This document shows, piece after piece, positions 32,950 to 44,200 of a stretch of DNA of 64,000 nt. The notes under the pieces were generated by a model that saw only the letters and a program-made list of their open reading frames with translations, had not been told where the DNA came from and did no database searches. Position 1 is the stretch's first letter. Each line of letters opens with the position of its first letter. Source of the DNA: Oscillospiraceae bacterium (GTDB taxonomy: Bacteria > Bacillota > Clostridia > Oscillospirales > Oscillospiraceae); the NCBI GenBank assembly GCA_902801295.1, contig CADCHN010000021.1, positions 13-64,012 of the forward strand, given 5' to 3'. A program made the translations under genes and the position numbers.

Positions 32950-34287
32950 ATGAAAAAACTGCTTGCATTGTTGCTGCTCTGCACGCTTCTGCTCTCTCTC
33001 TCGGCCTGCGCCGACCCCGTGATCGGGGAGACGCCTGCGGAGGCGCCGATCAGCGCCGATTCCGCCCAGGCGCCGGAGGCCGTGATTCTTCTCGAAGGCG
33101 ACAGCGTCAGCGCCTCCGTGCGCGGCGTGACCGTCAGCGGCAGCGTTGTCACGATCGGCGCGCCGGGGAGCTACACCGTCCGCGGCACGCTCAACGACGG
33201 GCGCATCATCATTGACCTGAAAGAGAATCCCGGCAAGGTCACGCTCTTCCTCGACGGAGCGGATATCACCTGCCTGACGGACAGCGCGATTTATCTTGTC
33301 CAGGCCAAGGAGCTCAATCTCGTGCTGGCCGCGGGCAGCGAAAACCGCGTCGTCTCCGGCACTGAGGCCGATCTCGCCGCCTATGACGAGACCCGGCAGG
33401 GCGCCGCCGTCTTCGCTGAGGACGACCTGGACATCCAGGGCGAGGGCTCCCTCACGGTGCTCGGCTATCTCAACAACGGCATCACCTGCAAGGACGATAT
33501 CAAACTCAAAGGCGGCGAGCTTTCCGTGCTCGCCGCCAACAATGGCATCCGCGCCAGCGAATCGGTGACGATGAGCGGCGGTGCGGTGACCATCCAGTCC
33601 GGCAACGACGCACTCAAGGCCAGCTCCGCGAAAAAGGCGGGCAAGGGCTTTGTCCAGATCGACGGCGGCGAGCTCACGGTCTCCGCCGGCGGCGACGGCG
33701 TTTCCGCCGAAACGGAGCTGCGCATTTCCGGCGGCAGCCTTACTGTGGCGGCGGCGGGAGATTCCTCGCTCGTCAGCTGCAAGGGTCTCAAGGGCAAAAC
33801 CGGCGTGACGATCTCCGGCGGCACGATCACAGTCAAAGCCACGGACGACGGCATTTCCTGCGCCGACACGGTGAGCATCACCGGAGGCGAACTGCTGGTT
33901 CAGTCCGGCGCGGACGGCATTCAGGGCGGCAAGAAGGGCACCGGCTTCGGCGACACGGTCGGCTCTGTCATCATCGAGGGCGGCCGTATTCTCATCAGCG
34001 CCTACAACAAGCCCGTGGACGCCAAGGCCAGCTTTCAGATTTCCGGCGGCACGCTGCTCGCCTGCGGCCGCGGCACGCCCAGTCCTTCCGGCGAGATTCC
34101 GTGGCTGCTGTACACGGTCAAGGGAAGCGCGGGCGATGCGCTCATCGTCAAGGCCGGCGACGAGCCCGGCCTGACCGCGGCCTACGCCTACAGCACCGTT
34201 TTCTTCGCCGATCCAACGCTGAGCGAGGGCCAGAGCTATTCACTGCAGGCCGGTTCACAGAAGCTGGAGGCCATCGCCTCCCGCTGA
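32950..34287 (+). CDS. Lipoprotein, beta-helix carbohydrate-binding-domain family (Cthe_2159-like)
   Basis: MKKLLALLLLCTLLLSLSAC lipobox. Repetitive G-rich beta-helix-like repeats (ITISGG.LTV.A..DGI). Usual third gene of VTC/DUF4956 operons. Confidence 0.6.
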   Translation: MKKLLALLLLCTLLLSLSACADPVIGETPAEAPISADSAQAPEAVILLEGDSVSASVRGVTVSGSVVTIGAPGSYTVRGTLNDGRIIIDLKENPGKVTLFLDGADITCLTDSAIYLVQAKELNLVLAAGSENRVVSGTEADLAAYDETRQGAAVFAEDDLDIQGEGSLTVLGYLNNGITCKDDIKLKGGELSVLAANNGIRASESVTMSGGAVTIQSGNDALKASSAKKAGKGFVQIDGGELTVSAGGDGVSAETELRISGGSLTVAAAGDSSLVSCKGLKGKTGVTISGGTITVKATDDGISCADTVSITGGELLVQSGADGIQGGKKGTGFGDTVGSVIIEGGRILISAYNKPVDAKASFQISGGTLLACGRGTPSPSGEIPWLLYTVKGSAGDALIVKAGDEPGLTAAYAYSTVFFADPTLSEGQSYSLQAGSQKLEAIASR

Positions 34288-34332
34288 TCCGCGGATGATC
34301 GCGCCCCGACAAACTCGCCGGGGAATAAAAGG

Positions 34333-35853
34333 ATGAATGACATGATGAAAAAACTGCTATCCCTGCTGCTTGTGCTCCTGTTTCTTTTGCCGGCCGGCGG
34401 CGTAGCCCTGGCTGAGAGCGCGGCGCAGGAGCCGGAGGACTGGATCGAAATCTCTGACCTTGACGGGCTGCTGGCCGTGGCGGACGATCCAGACGGCAAT
34501 TATCTGCTGACCGCGGATATCGACATGGCCGGCATTGACTGGAAGCCGATCCCCTTCCGCGGCTTCTTTGACGGGGCCGGGCATACGCTTTACAACCTCC
34601 AGATCGGCACGGTCGGCGAGGAGGTGCGCGTCACGCGCGACGGCAACCTCAAATCCTATGACACCGTCTTCTCCGGCTTCTTCTCCGTGCTGGAGAACGC
34701 CACCGTCCGCGATCTGCAGATTGTCGGCGCGACTTTGGCCGTGGACGGTACGGATCACTGCTTTGTCGGACTTCTCGCCGGCTACATGTACCGCAGCAGT
34801 ATTCAGGGCTGCTCCGTGCAGGGCCGCGCATGGCTCATCAACCACGCCGTGCAGAGCGGCGTCGGGGGTCTTGTCGGCTATGGCGCCGGCGATTTCGGCT
34901 ACTGCAGCGCAGACGTGGAGCTGGTTTTTGAAGACCGCAATCTGGAATCGCGCTGCGAGCAGTTCATGGGCGGCATCCTGGCCTGCGGTCTTGTCAACAT
35001 TGAGGACTGCAAAGTGCAGATCGACGGCTACGACTCCTGCCACGGCTACGTCCACAACGGCGGCCTTGTCGGCATGTATTACTACTGCGGCATGGATGTG
35101 CACGCCCAGTCCGTGCGCCGGAACGAGATCCGCGGGCAGATCAGCTTCTTTGAGGACAACCCGGATCGCCGCGCCTATTGCGAGCCCACGCTGGGCGAGG
35201 AAATGTCCGTGCCCGGCAACTACTACAGCAACGAGAGCGAATTCGAGCGCAACGAAACCCGGGACTATGACAAGGTGCTGCTGCCGGAGCAGTGCGAGGA
35301 GCCGGAATACCACACCACCCTCACCTCTCCCACCTGCGACACCTGGGGCTATGTGCTCCACGAGTGCAAAAACTGCGGCTATCATTGGACGGACACGTAT
35401 TTCCCGCCCCAGCACACACCGGGCGATTGGGAGATCGTGGAGTCCGCTGACGAGACGCACGAGGGTGTGCGCGAAAAGCACTGCACCGTCTGCGGCGAGC
35501 TGATCGTACGCGAGAGCTACTCCTATGAGCCGCCCGAGCCGGTCTACTCCGAGGAGATCGTCGCCGTCCAGGGCGTGGAAAGCACCGAAACCCTGGGTGT
35601 GCTCTTCCACGGCAGTGCCCAGGCCATGCGCGCCAAGGACGCGACCGGCCTTCTGATCTGGAGCTCCGACGACCCGGCGATCGCCAGCGTCGATCAAAAC
35701 GGCACGATCCACGGGCTTTCGCGCGGACAGACCACCGTCCGTTACAGCTCTGAGGACGGCCTTTACAGCGGCGTTTGCACCGTCACGGTCTATTACAGCT
35801 TCTGGCAATGGCTGCTGATCGTCTTTTTCTTCGGCTGGCTCTGGTATGTTTAA
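34333..35853 (+). CDS. Secreted/membrane-anchored protein with GLUG-like repeats and a Big_2 Ig-like domain
   Basis: Signal peptide. GFFDGAGHTLYNL and GGLVGY-type GLUG motifs. Cys-rich segment. LIWSSDDPAIASVDQNGTIHGLSRGQTTV (Big_2). C-terminal TM helix. Confidence 0.55.
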   Translation: MNDMMKKLLSLLLVLLFLLPAGGVALAESAAQEPEDWIEISDLDGLLAVADDPDGNYLLTADIDMAGIDWKPIPFRGFFDGAGHTLYNLQIGTVGEEVRVTRDGNLKSYDTVFSGFFSVLENATVRDLQIVGATLAVDGTDHCFVGLLAGYMYRSSIQGCSVQGRAWLINHAVQSGVGGLVGYGAGDFGYCSADVELVFEDRNLESRCEQFMGGILACGLVNIEDCKVQIDGYDSCHGYVHNGGLVGMYYYCGMDVHAQSVRRNEIRGQISFFEDNPDRRAYCEPTLGEEMSVPGNYYSNESEFERNETRDYDKVLLPEQCEEPEYHTTLTSPTCDTWGYVLHECKNCGYHWTDTYFPPQHTPGDWEIVESADETHEGVREKHCTVCGELIVRESYSYEPPEPVYSEEIVAVQGVESTETLGVLFHGSAQAMRAKDATGLLIWSSDDPAIASVDQNGTIHGLSRGQTTVRYSSEDGLYSGVCTVTVYYSFWQWLLIVFFFGWLWYV

Positions 35854-35871
35854 ACCAGTTGATAACAAAAA

Positions 35872-35898
35872 ACTCCCGTACCGGTTCGGTACGGGAGT
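35872..35898. terminator. Bidirectional rho-independent terminator between convergent genes
   Basis: actcccgtaccg-gtt-cggtacgggagt flanked by an A-run and a T-run. Confidence 0.8.
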
Positions 35899-35910
35899 TT
35901 TATTTCGCAA

Positions 35911-36177
35911 TTAATCGAGAACGTAGGGCAGGAGAGCGATCTGACGGGCGCGCTTGATCGCCTCGGTCAGCTCACGCTGGTGCATGGCGCACACGCCGGT
36001 GGTGCGGCGGGGCAGAATCTTGCCGCGCTCGGACAGATAACGGCGCAGCTTCGCGGTGTCCTTGTAATCGATGAACGTGGCCTTGTCCACGCAGAACTGG
36101 CAAACCTTGCGGCGTTTGCGGTTCTTGGGGTTGTTCTTATCGAAAGCCAAAGCGGTATCCTCCTTATTTAGTATCAA
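35911..36177 (-). CDS. rpsR: 30S ribosomal protein S18
   Basis: [55 protein letters not shown]. Confidence 0.95.
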   Translation of the reverse strand: MILNKEDTALAFDKNNPKNRKRRKVCQFCVDKATFIDYKDTAKLRRYLSERGKILPRRTTGVCAMHQRELTEAIKRARQIALLPYVLD

Positions 36178-36184
36178 AGTGCCG

Positions 36185-36318
36185 ATTGAAAAGTCGTTTT
36201 ATATCGTTTTTGACGCAGCTTTGCCGCGGCAAAAACACCCTGTGGCGAGCGACGCGAGCCCTCGCGCCGACCAAACGAGGCTTGTCCTCCGTAAGCCGAG
36301 TGCGATGAGCGCGGGTCG
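36185..36318 (-). repeat. REP-like intergenic repeat (same family as 52563-52774, inverted orientation)
   Basis: The reverse complement aligns at about 75% with the yidD-yidC spacer element (..cgagggctcgc..cagggtgtttttgcc.ggcaaagc..caaaaacgat..). Confidence 0.55.
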
Positions 36319-36347
36319 TCGATTGTAAAACGACGTTTTACAATCGA
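36319..36347 (-). terminator. Perfect hairpin immediately after the ssb stop (no clear U-tract)
   Basis: tcgattgtaaaa-cgacg-ttttacaatcga. Confidence 0.4.
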
Positions 36348-36348
36348 A

Positions 36349-36843
36349 TTAAAACGGCAGCTCGCCGTCGTCATCGCCCAGATCGGTGAAGGGAGAGGGT
36401 GCGGGGTTGACCGTGCGGGGAGCCTCATAGTTGCTGCTCCGGCCGCCGTCGTAGCCGCCGCTCCGATTCGAGTCGTAGGCGCTGGCGCGGGGTGCCTCAT
36501 AGTTGCCGTCGCTGCTGTCGCGGCGGCTTTCGCCAAAGTAGACGTTGTCAACGTTGATTTCCCAGCTGGTGCGGTTGTTGCCGTCGCGATCCTGCCACTT
36601 GCGGCTCTGCAGGCGGCCGGAGACAACGATCATGCTGCCCTTGCGGAAATACTTGTTGACAAACTCAGCCGTGGAACGCCAGGCGGAGCAGTCGATAAAA
36701 TCGGTCTGCCGCTCGCCGCCGTCGCGGCCGCCGAAATCGCGGTCAACGGCCACGGTGAACGAAGCCACCGGCGTCTGGCTCTGGGTATATCTGAGCTCGG
36801 GATCCCGGGTCAGACGGCCCATAATGACAATGTGGTTGAGCAT
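36349..36843 (-). CDS. ssb: Single-stranded DNA-binding protein
   Basis: MLNHIVIMGRLTRDPELRYT OB-fold N-terminus, Gly/Ser-rich linker, acidic tail DDDGELPF. Confidence 0.95.
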   Translation of the reverse strand: MLNHIVIMGRLTRDPELRYTQSQTPVASFTVAVDRDFGGRDGGERQTDFIDCSAWRSTAEFVNKYFRKGSMIVVSGRLQSRKWQDRDGNNRTSWEINVDNVYFGESRRDSSDGNYEAPRASAYDSNRSGGYDGGRSSNYEAPRTVNPAPSPFTDLGDDDGELPF

Positions 36844-36855
36844 CTTTGACGCTCC

Positions 36856-37152
36856 TTACTCTGCACGCAGGGTAATCAGGCGACGCAGGATGCCGTCGGT
36901 GATACCGAGGATACGGTCCAGCTCAGCGGGGAACTCGGGGCCGCTCGTGAACTTCATCAGCACATAGGTGCCCTCGGAAATGTAGTTGATCTCGTAAGCG
37001 AGCTTGCGCTTACCCATCTCCTCCAGTTCCTCGAGCGTACCATTTGCTTCCACAAGTGCCTTGAACTTCTCGACGACCGCAGCGGTCTCTTCCTCGCTCA
37101 GGTTGGGGTTGATGATGTACATCACTTCGTACTTTTCGCTTGCTTTTGCCAT
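36856..37152 (-). CDS. rpsF: 30S ribosomal protein S6
   Basis: Start at MAKASEKYEVMYIINPNLSEEE (ATG 37152). rpsF-ssb-rpsR order. Confidence 0.95.
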   Translation of the reverse strand: MAKASEKYEVMYIINPNLSEEETAAVVEKFKALVEANGTLEELEEMGKRKLAYEINYISEGTYVLMKFTSGPEFPAELDRILGITDGILRRLITLRAE

Positions 37153-37269
37153 GGTTGCACCTCCTTTTGGTCTTTTGGCCCCCGGTCGCTGCCGGGAGCA
37201 AGGAAAATTCTGTCCATACGGACAGGCCATATTATTATATCGGTTTTTTTCGGATTGTCAAGCACCTTT

Positions 37270-38100
37270 TTACAGTTTTTCCATGGTTTTTGCGTCCTTT
37301 TCCTTGACAAAATAGTGCCGGGCAATCCAGCGGGACAGGCCGTCCAGCCCCGGATAGACCAGGCGTTCGCTCATGTTGAGCTGGTCGAGCATATCGCGCA
37401 CGCGCCAGCGCAGGTTTCGGTCGATGACGTACTTGACGGTGTTATGCGTGTGCCGATCCAGAAAGCCCTCCACATCTTCCATATCCATCGGGATGACGGA
37501 GAAGAAGGAATACTGGTTGACGATGCGCGAGTCGATGCTGGGCGGCTCGATGACGACCATGGAGCGGTCGCCCATGTCGCGGTCGTAGGCGGCAATATCT
37601 GCGGCGGCTCGGTCAAGCATGTCGACAGAGAACACCTCCGCCTTGTTGCGTTCCATGATCTCCTGATAACGCGGCGGCAGCAGGGCGTGCAGTTCCTTGA
37701 TATCCACGCGCCAGACCATGCAGTCGTGCTGCTCCATGTGCTCGAGATTGTCCTCGCTGACGGCGAAATGCAGCGCCACCAGCGCCGACTGCGTCCAGTC
37801 CAGCAGCCGCGTGGGCAGGCCGTGGTGCTGGCCGAGGAACATCTGCCGCCAGACGGACTGCGCGATTGTCGGGTCCTCCATGACGGCGTATTTGGCAAAA
37901 TTCTTCAAAATCGCGGGCTCCAGCGTCCGCTGCAGCTCCTTGCAGTTGCGCCGCAGGCTCGTGACCATGGAGAAATCCGCGTTGGCCATGCCGCGGTAAA
38001 CGTACAGGCTGCGGTTGCGCCCCAGATCGGGCCGGTAGGGCTGGTCCGACAGCAGAGGGATCAGATCCTCCACGCGTTTGATTCTGATTTCCCGGATCAT
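37270..38100 (-). CDS. FRG-domain protein
   Basis: LYVYRGMAN (F/YRG motif), GQHHGLPTRLLDWTQSALVALHFA, SRIVNQYSFFSV. Confidence 0.75.
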   Translation of the reverse strand: MIREIRIKRVEDLIPLLSDQPYRPDLGRNRSLYVYRGMANADFSMVTSLRRNCKELQRTLEPAILKNFAKYAVMEDPTIAQSVWRQMFLGQHHGLPTRLLDWTQSALVALHFAVSEDNLEHMEQHDCMVWRVDIKELHALLPPRYQEIMERNKAEVFSVDMLDRAAADIAAYDRDMGDRSMVVIEPPSIDSRIVNQYSFFSVIPMDMEDVEGFLDRHTHNTVKYVIDRNLRWRVRDMLDQLNMSERLVYPGLDGLSRWIARHYFVKEKDAKTMEKL

Positions 38101-38157
38101 ACGCTCTCCTCTTTTCTTCTTTTATATGCAACAGTATATCACGGCTCGTCAAGGGGT

Positions 38158-38188
38158 AAAAAAGTGCCTGCGATTTCTCGCAGGCACT
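38158..38188 (-). terminator. Rho-independent terminator after the giant surface-protein gene
   Basis: agtgcctgcga-tttc-tcgcaggcact with a T-run on the minus strand. Confidence 0.75.
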
Positions 38189-38204
38189 TTCGTTTTGATT
38201 GGGG

Positions 38205-41200
38205 TCAGGCTCTGTTCTTTCTCTTCTTCTGCTCGATCACAAGCACGGCCATTGCCGCGGAAGATGCAGCCATCAGCGCAATCCAGAGGCCCAGGTTAGC
38301 GTCGTCGCCGGTCTTCGGGGTCTTTCCGCCACTGCCGCCGCTGCTGGTTCCGGTCCAGACGAGGAGCAGCGGGGAGGTGCCGTGCACAGTGAAGCTCAGC
38401 GTGCTGCCGCTCTTCGTGACGGTGGGCATCTCGCCTTCGCCTGCCTTATGACCGTTGCAGTCCTCACCGAAGAGGTGCAGCGCGACGAAGCGATCCGTGG
38501 CGGCCGCGCCGTCGGGAACGGCAATGCTGACCTTTACGCCCTTGGTCGGGAACTGGTCGGCCGTGATGGGCAGCCATTCGCTGCCGTCAAAGTACTCGAC
38601 CTGGATTTCGTAAAGCTTGTTGCCTTTGACCGTCGTAGTGCCAAGACGGCGCTTGAGCGTGTTGAGCATCGCGGTCTTCATCGCGTCGACGGTGGCATAG
38701 CGCTCCTTGAGCGCGGTGGGCACCACGGTGTTGTTCGTGGCAACTGCTCTCAGCTCATACCAGTGAGCGTAAAGCGTCGTGCTCTCGGTCAGCTTGTCGC
38801 CCTGCACAACCTCCAGGCCGCCTTCCGCGGCGTCAAACCAGCCGCCGAAGAGGTAGCCGTCTCTCTCCTGAGGCGTGGGCAGCGCGGGCACGGTGCCGTC
38901 TACGCCGAGGCGCAGACGGGTGACGGAGACCTTGCCGCCGTTGGCGTCCAGAACAATGTGCAGCGGCTCTTCAATCGGTGCGGGAGATTCGGTGGGTTCG
39001 GGAGATTCGGTCGGCTTAGGCTCCTCTTCCTTCACGGTGAACTTGAAGGTGGCGATCTCGCTTTCCACGCCGTCCTTCACGGCCTTGACCTGAATGGTCA
39101 CGTCCTCGTTGACGGTGAACTTGTCGCCCTTGGTCCAGGTCTTGCCGCCGTCGGTGCTGTACTCAATCTCAGCGCCCTCGGTCTCGCTGCTGAACGTGAG
39201 CTGGGTGCCCTTTTCGACCTCGCCGGCTTCCGGCGTCACGGTCGGAGCGGCGGGCTGATCGGTTGCGGGCAGCGTGCAGACAACGTCCGCGCGGTCGCGG
39301 ATACGGATGCGCGGGAAGGGTCCCTCGGGAGCATTGAAGGTGTCGTCGTAGGAAGCAAGGCCGGTGGCCTTGATCTCCGCGCCGACTTCGCAGTTTTCCA
39401 CTTCCTTGCCGGTGGTGATGTAACCGTCGATGAACACACGGGCCAGATTGCCCTCGGCGTCCTTGACCATGATGGTCTGGATCAGGCCGTTTTCAACCTC
39501 CACGCTCTCGACCGTGCCCTTGACGGTGACGAGCTTGCCTTCCGCGGAGCGGTCGTTGAGCTCGGAGGCCTTGATCTCGGTGGGTTCCACGGAGCCTTCG
39601 CCGATCACCTCGATGGTCTGCACCTGCAGCTCGGGCTCGCCCTGGTAGAAGTCGGTGTGCCCGACGATGCGGACCTTGTCGCCGATCTTATACTCGCCGG
39701 AGACCGGGAAGCAGCAGATGCCGGCCGTGTCGTCCTGCACATAGATGCAGTCGAAGAAGGCGGTATCCTTGTCATAGCCGGAGGCGTTGGAGGTCACGAC
39801 GCCCTCGATCGTGAAGCGGTAGCCGGTGTCGTCCGGCTTGGAGGCGGCGCGCACATCGGCAATCGGAGTGACCTTGCCTTCGGTCTCCTTGTCGAGCACG
39901 TCGAGCTCGACGTTCGCGGTGTAGGTGTATTCTTTGCCGTCCAGCTCGACGATCGCCGTCACGGTGACGGTGGTGAGCTTGGCGGTGTCAATGGTATGCT
40001 TGAAGTTCACAGGCAGCGTGCCGCCGGCAGGGATGCTGTAGCCGGTGGTGTCGGTGCCGATCACTTCGCCGCCGTTGACGGTGTAGACCAGAGACTTGAC
40101 GGTGGCCGCCGCTTCCTCGTTATTGTAGAGGGTGGTGACCAGCGTGGCTTCCTCGCCCTTGTAGACGGGATCGGTCTCGGCCTTGATGTCGGTGATGCCG
40201 AGCTTGATGGGCTTGCCGACCCAGATCGGCGCGGTCACGGCCAGGTCGCCGTCCTTCTGGGTCACGCGGATGAAGTAGTAGCTGTACTCGGGCTCAAGCT
40301 CCGCATTGAGCTGGCCGGAGCTGAGCTCTTCCGCCTTGTCCCAGGTATAGGCGGTCTTGCCGCCGTCAACGACGACTTCCACCTTGCTGACGGCGTCGCT
40401 CGAGTCGGGATCGTAGAGAGTGACATTGATGTTCAGCTTCTCGGGCGTCTCTTCCTCGCTGAAGATGGTGCCCATCGGCATGTTGTTGAGCGTGTAGTAG
40501 ATCTGGAGGTTCTTGTCCTCGGTGGCGTACACGCGCAGCGCGCGGATCGCGTCGTAGATGCCCTGCTCGGTGAAGTCGTTGGTCAGGATAACGTCGCGGG
40601 CGTCGTTGGCGTTGCCCCAGCGTCCCTTGTGGTTATCCTGGTTGTTGGTGGGCGCCACGTGCCAGCCCTTGTCCAGCGCGATGATGTACTGCTCGTAGCT
40701 GGGGTAATAGCCGCCCTGGCCGATCTGGCCCTCGCCGTTGCCGACCTCGACCAGGAACATATGCGCGTCCGTCGCCTCGTCCCAGTAGCTGAAGTCGGTG
40801 AAGTTGCCGAAGGTGGTGCCCGGGTGGTTAAACTGGTTCAGGCTGTTGCCCTTGTTGATGGTCTGGTAGTAGAGCTTCATGCCGGCGTCGCCGCTCTTGT
40901 TGTTCAGCTCGGCGTTGTTTCGGGACACCAGGCCGTCGCTGTCAAAGGTGTTGATGTGGCCGGGGCCGCCGGACCAGGTCATCTCAAAGCCAGCGAGGGC
41001 GACGATGTCGCTCTGGCTCTTGTTGAATTTCTCGACCGCATCCTTGTACTCGGCCCACAGCGCGGCGCTGGACTCGGTCATCAGACTCTTGTCGTTGAGA
41101 GCGTCGGCGGGGTTGGCGGCAGAGGTGGTATCAAAGTAGTTGGAGTGGTCGGTGAAAGCCACAAACTGCACGTTCGCGCTCTTCGGCAGGGAGGCAATGT

Positions 41201-44200
41201 ACTCCAGCGCGGTCTCCAGCGAGCCGGAGCCGTCGGAATAGGTGGTGTGGGAGTGCAGCTGGCCGAAGTAGAGCTGGTAGTCCGCAATGCCGACGGTGAA
41301 GCTCCAGGTCTTTTCGACTTCGACGCCGTCGGAGCGCTTGACCGTAATAGTTACGGTTGTGCGGCCGTCCTTCAGCTCCTCGGCTGGCGTGTAGCTCAGC
41401 ACGCCGTTTTCGAACTTGGCCTCAACGGTCTCGCCGTTGACGGTCATTGTGAATTCGGGATTCTCGCCCGCGTTGCCGATCTTCGCGGAGATGGTGGGCT
41501 TCTTCTCGTCGCGGGTCTGGGCGTTGGGCGCCGGGGTCAGTTCCTCGAAGAAGGGTTCGTCAACGATGGCGACGGTCTTCTCGCCGCTGTAGACAATGCC
41601 GTAGCTGTTCTTCACCTCAACCTTGATGGTGAAGCTCTCGGGGGCGTTCTCCCCGTCGATTTCGGCGGCGGGAATGGTGAAGCTGACAGCCTTGGACGGC
41701 TCAAGGCCCGTCACGGTGCCGGTCTTGTCGCCGGCGGTGTAGGTGACGGTGAGGGTCTCGATCGTCTCGGCCAGATCATCCAGCGTGAAGGAGCAGAGGT
41801 AATCCTGCTCGACGAAGCGGGAATCCTCGCAGTCGAAGATGACGTTGGGATCCTGCACGACGTCCTCACGGATTTCGGTGCCGTCGACCACTTCATAGAA
41901 GTTGAAGAGGAAGATGTCCGGCTCTTTCGGCTTGAAGGTCCAGCCGGAGAAGACGCTCGAGTAATACTCGATGCAGACAGGCGTGCCGTTGTAATTGGCT
42001 TCCCTGTTATAAATAATGTAGCTGTCGCCGTTCTTGGTCAGGAACCACTTGGCGGTATCGGGCAGCTTGCCGTCCTCGCCCTTCTCGACGAAGAAGAGTT
42101 CCTCCGCATTGTTCGAGGCCAGGTACTTGCCGTTGATCTCAAAGCTGTAGTAGCGGCCCATCGTGTCGATCTTGAAGACATAGGCGCCGTTGCCGGCCTT
42201 AGCCTTGTCGCCCTCGATCGTGGTCGGAACCGCGGTCAGGGAGTAGGTAGCCTCCTTGGCCAGACCCAGAGAGGCCTGAGCGTTGGGGCTGTAGGCCACA
42301 TACTGCTTGCCCTTCTCCAGCACGCCGTCCCATTCGCCGTCGTCATAGGCCGCGACCGCGTCCTCGGGATTGACCAGATAGAACTGGAGGGCATAATCGG
42401 TGTTCTTGAGCTGGCTCGTATAGGGAGCAAAGCCGGAAAAGACCTCCGTGCCGTTGCGCAGGAAAGCCTCGATATAAACCGGGAGCTCGGTGCTGTCCTT
42501 GGTGAGAGTCAGGGTGCTGCTCTTGATGTACCAGGTATGGTCTGCTGCGCTGAAGGGCAGCAGGTTCCAGTCGTGCACCGTGTCGCCGTTGTAATTCGGA
42601 TTGACGGTCAGCTCCGCATACGTGCCGCTGGGCCACACGGAGATGCACTGGGTCTCGTCGTCGTTGGAATAGAAGCTGTAAGTGCCGTCAGCGTTGACTT
42701 TCACCTTCCACACGAAGTCGCTGGTGAAGTTGACGACCTTGCCGTTTTCCAGCGTGGCGCTGTTGGCCTTCAGATACCAGTCGCCGTTGGGCTTGGAGCT
42801 GATGGCGGTCATGTGGCTGGGGCTGTAGATGGCGACGGTCGCGCCGTCGGTCAGCTGATCCAGACTCGTGATCAGATCGCCCTCGACGGGTTCGGGCGGC
42901 ACATCCTCGGTCTTGACCAGATAGAACTGCATGCCGTAGGCAGCCTCGGTCAGCTTCTCTTCGGAGGTGGTATAGCCGCAGAATACCAGCTGCGTATCGC
43001 CGCTGACCTTTTTGTTGAAGATTTCAATGTAGGCGCTGCCATAATTATTGGCCAGCGTGCTGCTCTTGATATAATAGGTATTGGTCTCGGCGTTGCAGGG
43101 ATCGATGCTCCAGTTGGAGTCGCCGCCGTCCACGCTCTTGTTGGAGGTCAGCTCGACATAGTTTCCGCTCAGCCAGCCGGTCACGGCTTTATCGCCCTGC
43201 TCAAAGCAATAGCTGCCGTCCTCGTTGACGCGCACCGTCCAAACCAGGTTTGCCGCGGGATTGACCGCTTTATCGCCCTCAATCGTCACATCGGCGGGGG
43301 CCAGATACCAGTCGCTTCCCACCACATCGGAGCTCATGGCCTTGGCGCTGTTCGGATTGTAAATCACGATCTTCGCGCCGTCGGTCAGCTGAGCCAGGTC
43401 GGTGACCAGGCCCTCGGTCTCCGCGGGCTCCTCCGCCTTGACGGTGTAGGCGAAGCTCGCGATCGCGCTCTCCACGCCGTCCAGCACGGCCTTGACCTGA
43501 AGCGTCACGTCCTCATTGACCGTGTAGGTCTCGCCCTCGGTCCAGGTCTCGCCGTCGGTGCTGTAGGAAATCACCGCGCCCTCGGTCTCACAGCTGAAGG
43601 TCACCACGGTGCCCTTTTCCACTTCGCCCGCGGCCACGTCCGCCGTCGGAGTCGCTACCGTGATCGGCTCCTCGCCCTTGACCGTGATCTCGCTGTCGAG
43701 GGTGTTGCGCAGCTGCAGCATGGAGTTGTTGATGCCGACAGCCAGCGTCACGTCAACTTTGTCACCGACCTTGACACGCCAGACGCCTTCGTTCTTTTCG
43801 ATCGCAGCCTTATAGAGCTGGATGGTCTTGCCCTCGGCGTCCGTAAACGTAATATTCGGATTGGAAAATTGCCCGTTCTTGTCGTAGACCTCAGTTACTT
43901 CGAGGCCGGTCAGCTTCACGTAGGTGCAGACGTCCGCCGTCGTCAGCGCGCCGATCGTCGTCTCCTTCGCAGTCAGCGTCAGGCCCTCGGACTTCTCGTA
44001 GGTCTGGCCGGTCAGCTCCGGCAGGCCGCGGTAGGTCGCGCGGGCGCCGGTAAAGATCACCGTATCGCCCAGGGCGAGATCGGTCGGCGCGGTGTCAAAG
44101 TAGAGGCAGATGCCGCCGGTCGCGTCCTGCACAAAGACGTTCTTTGTCTCGATCATTGTCACGACGCCCTTGACCGTAAACTCTGCGCCGGTCTCGCCGG

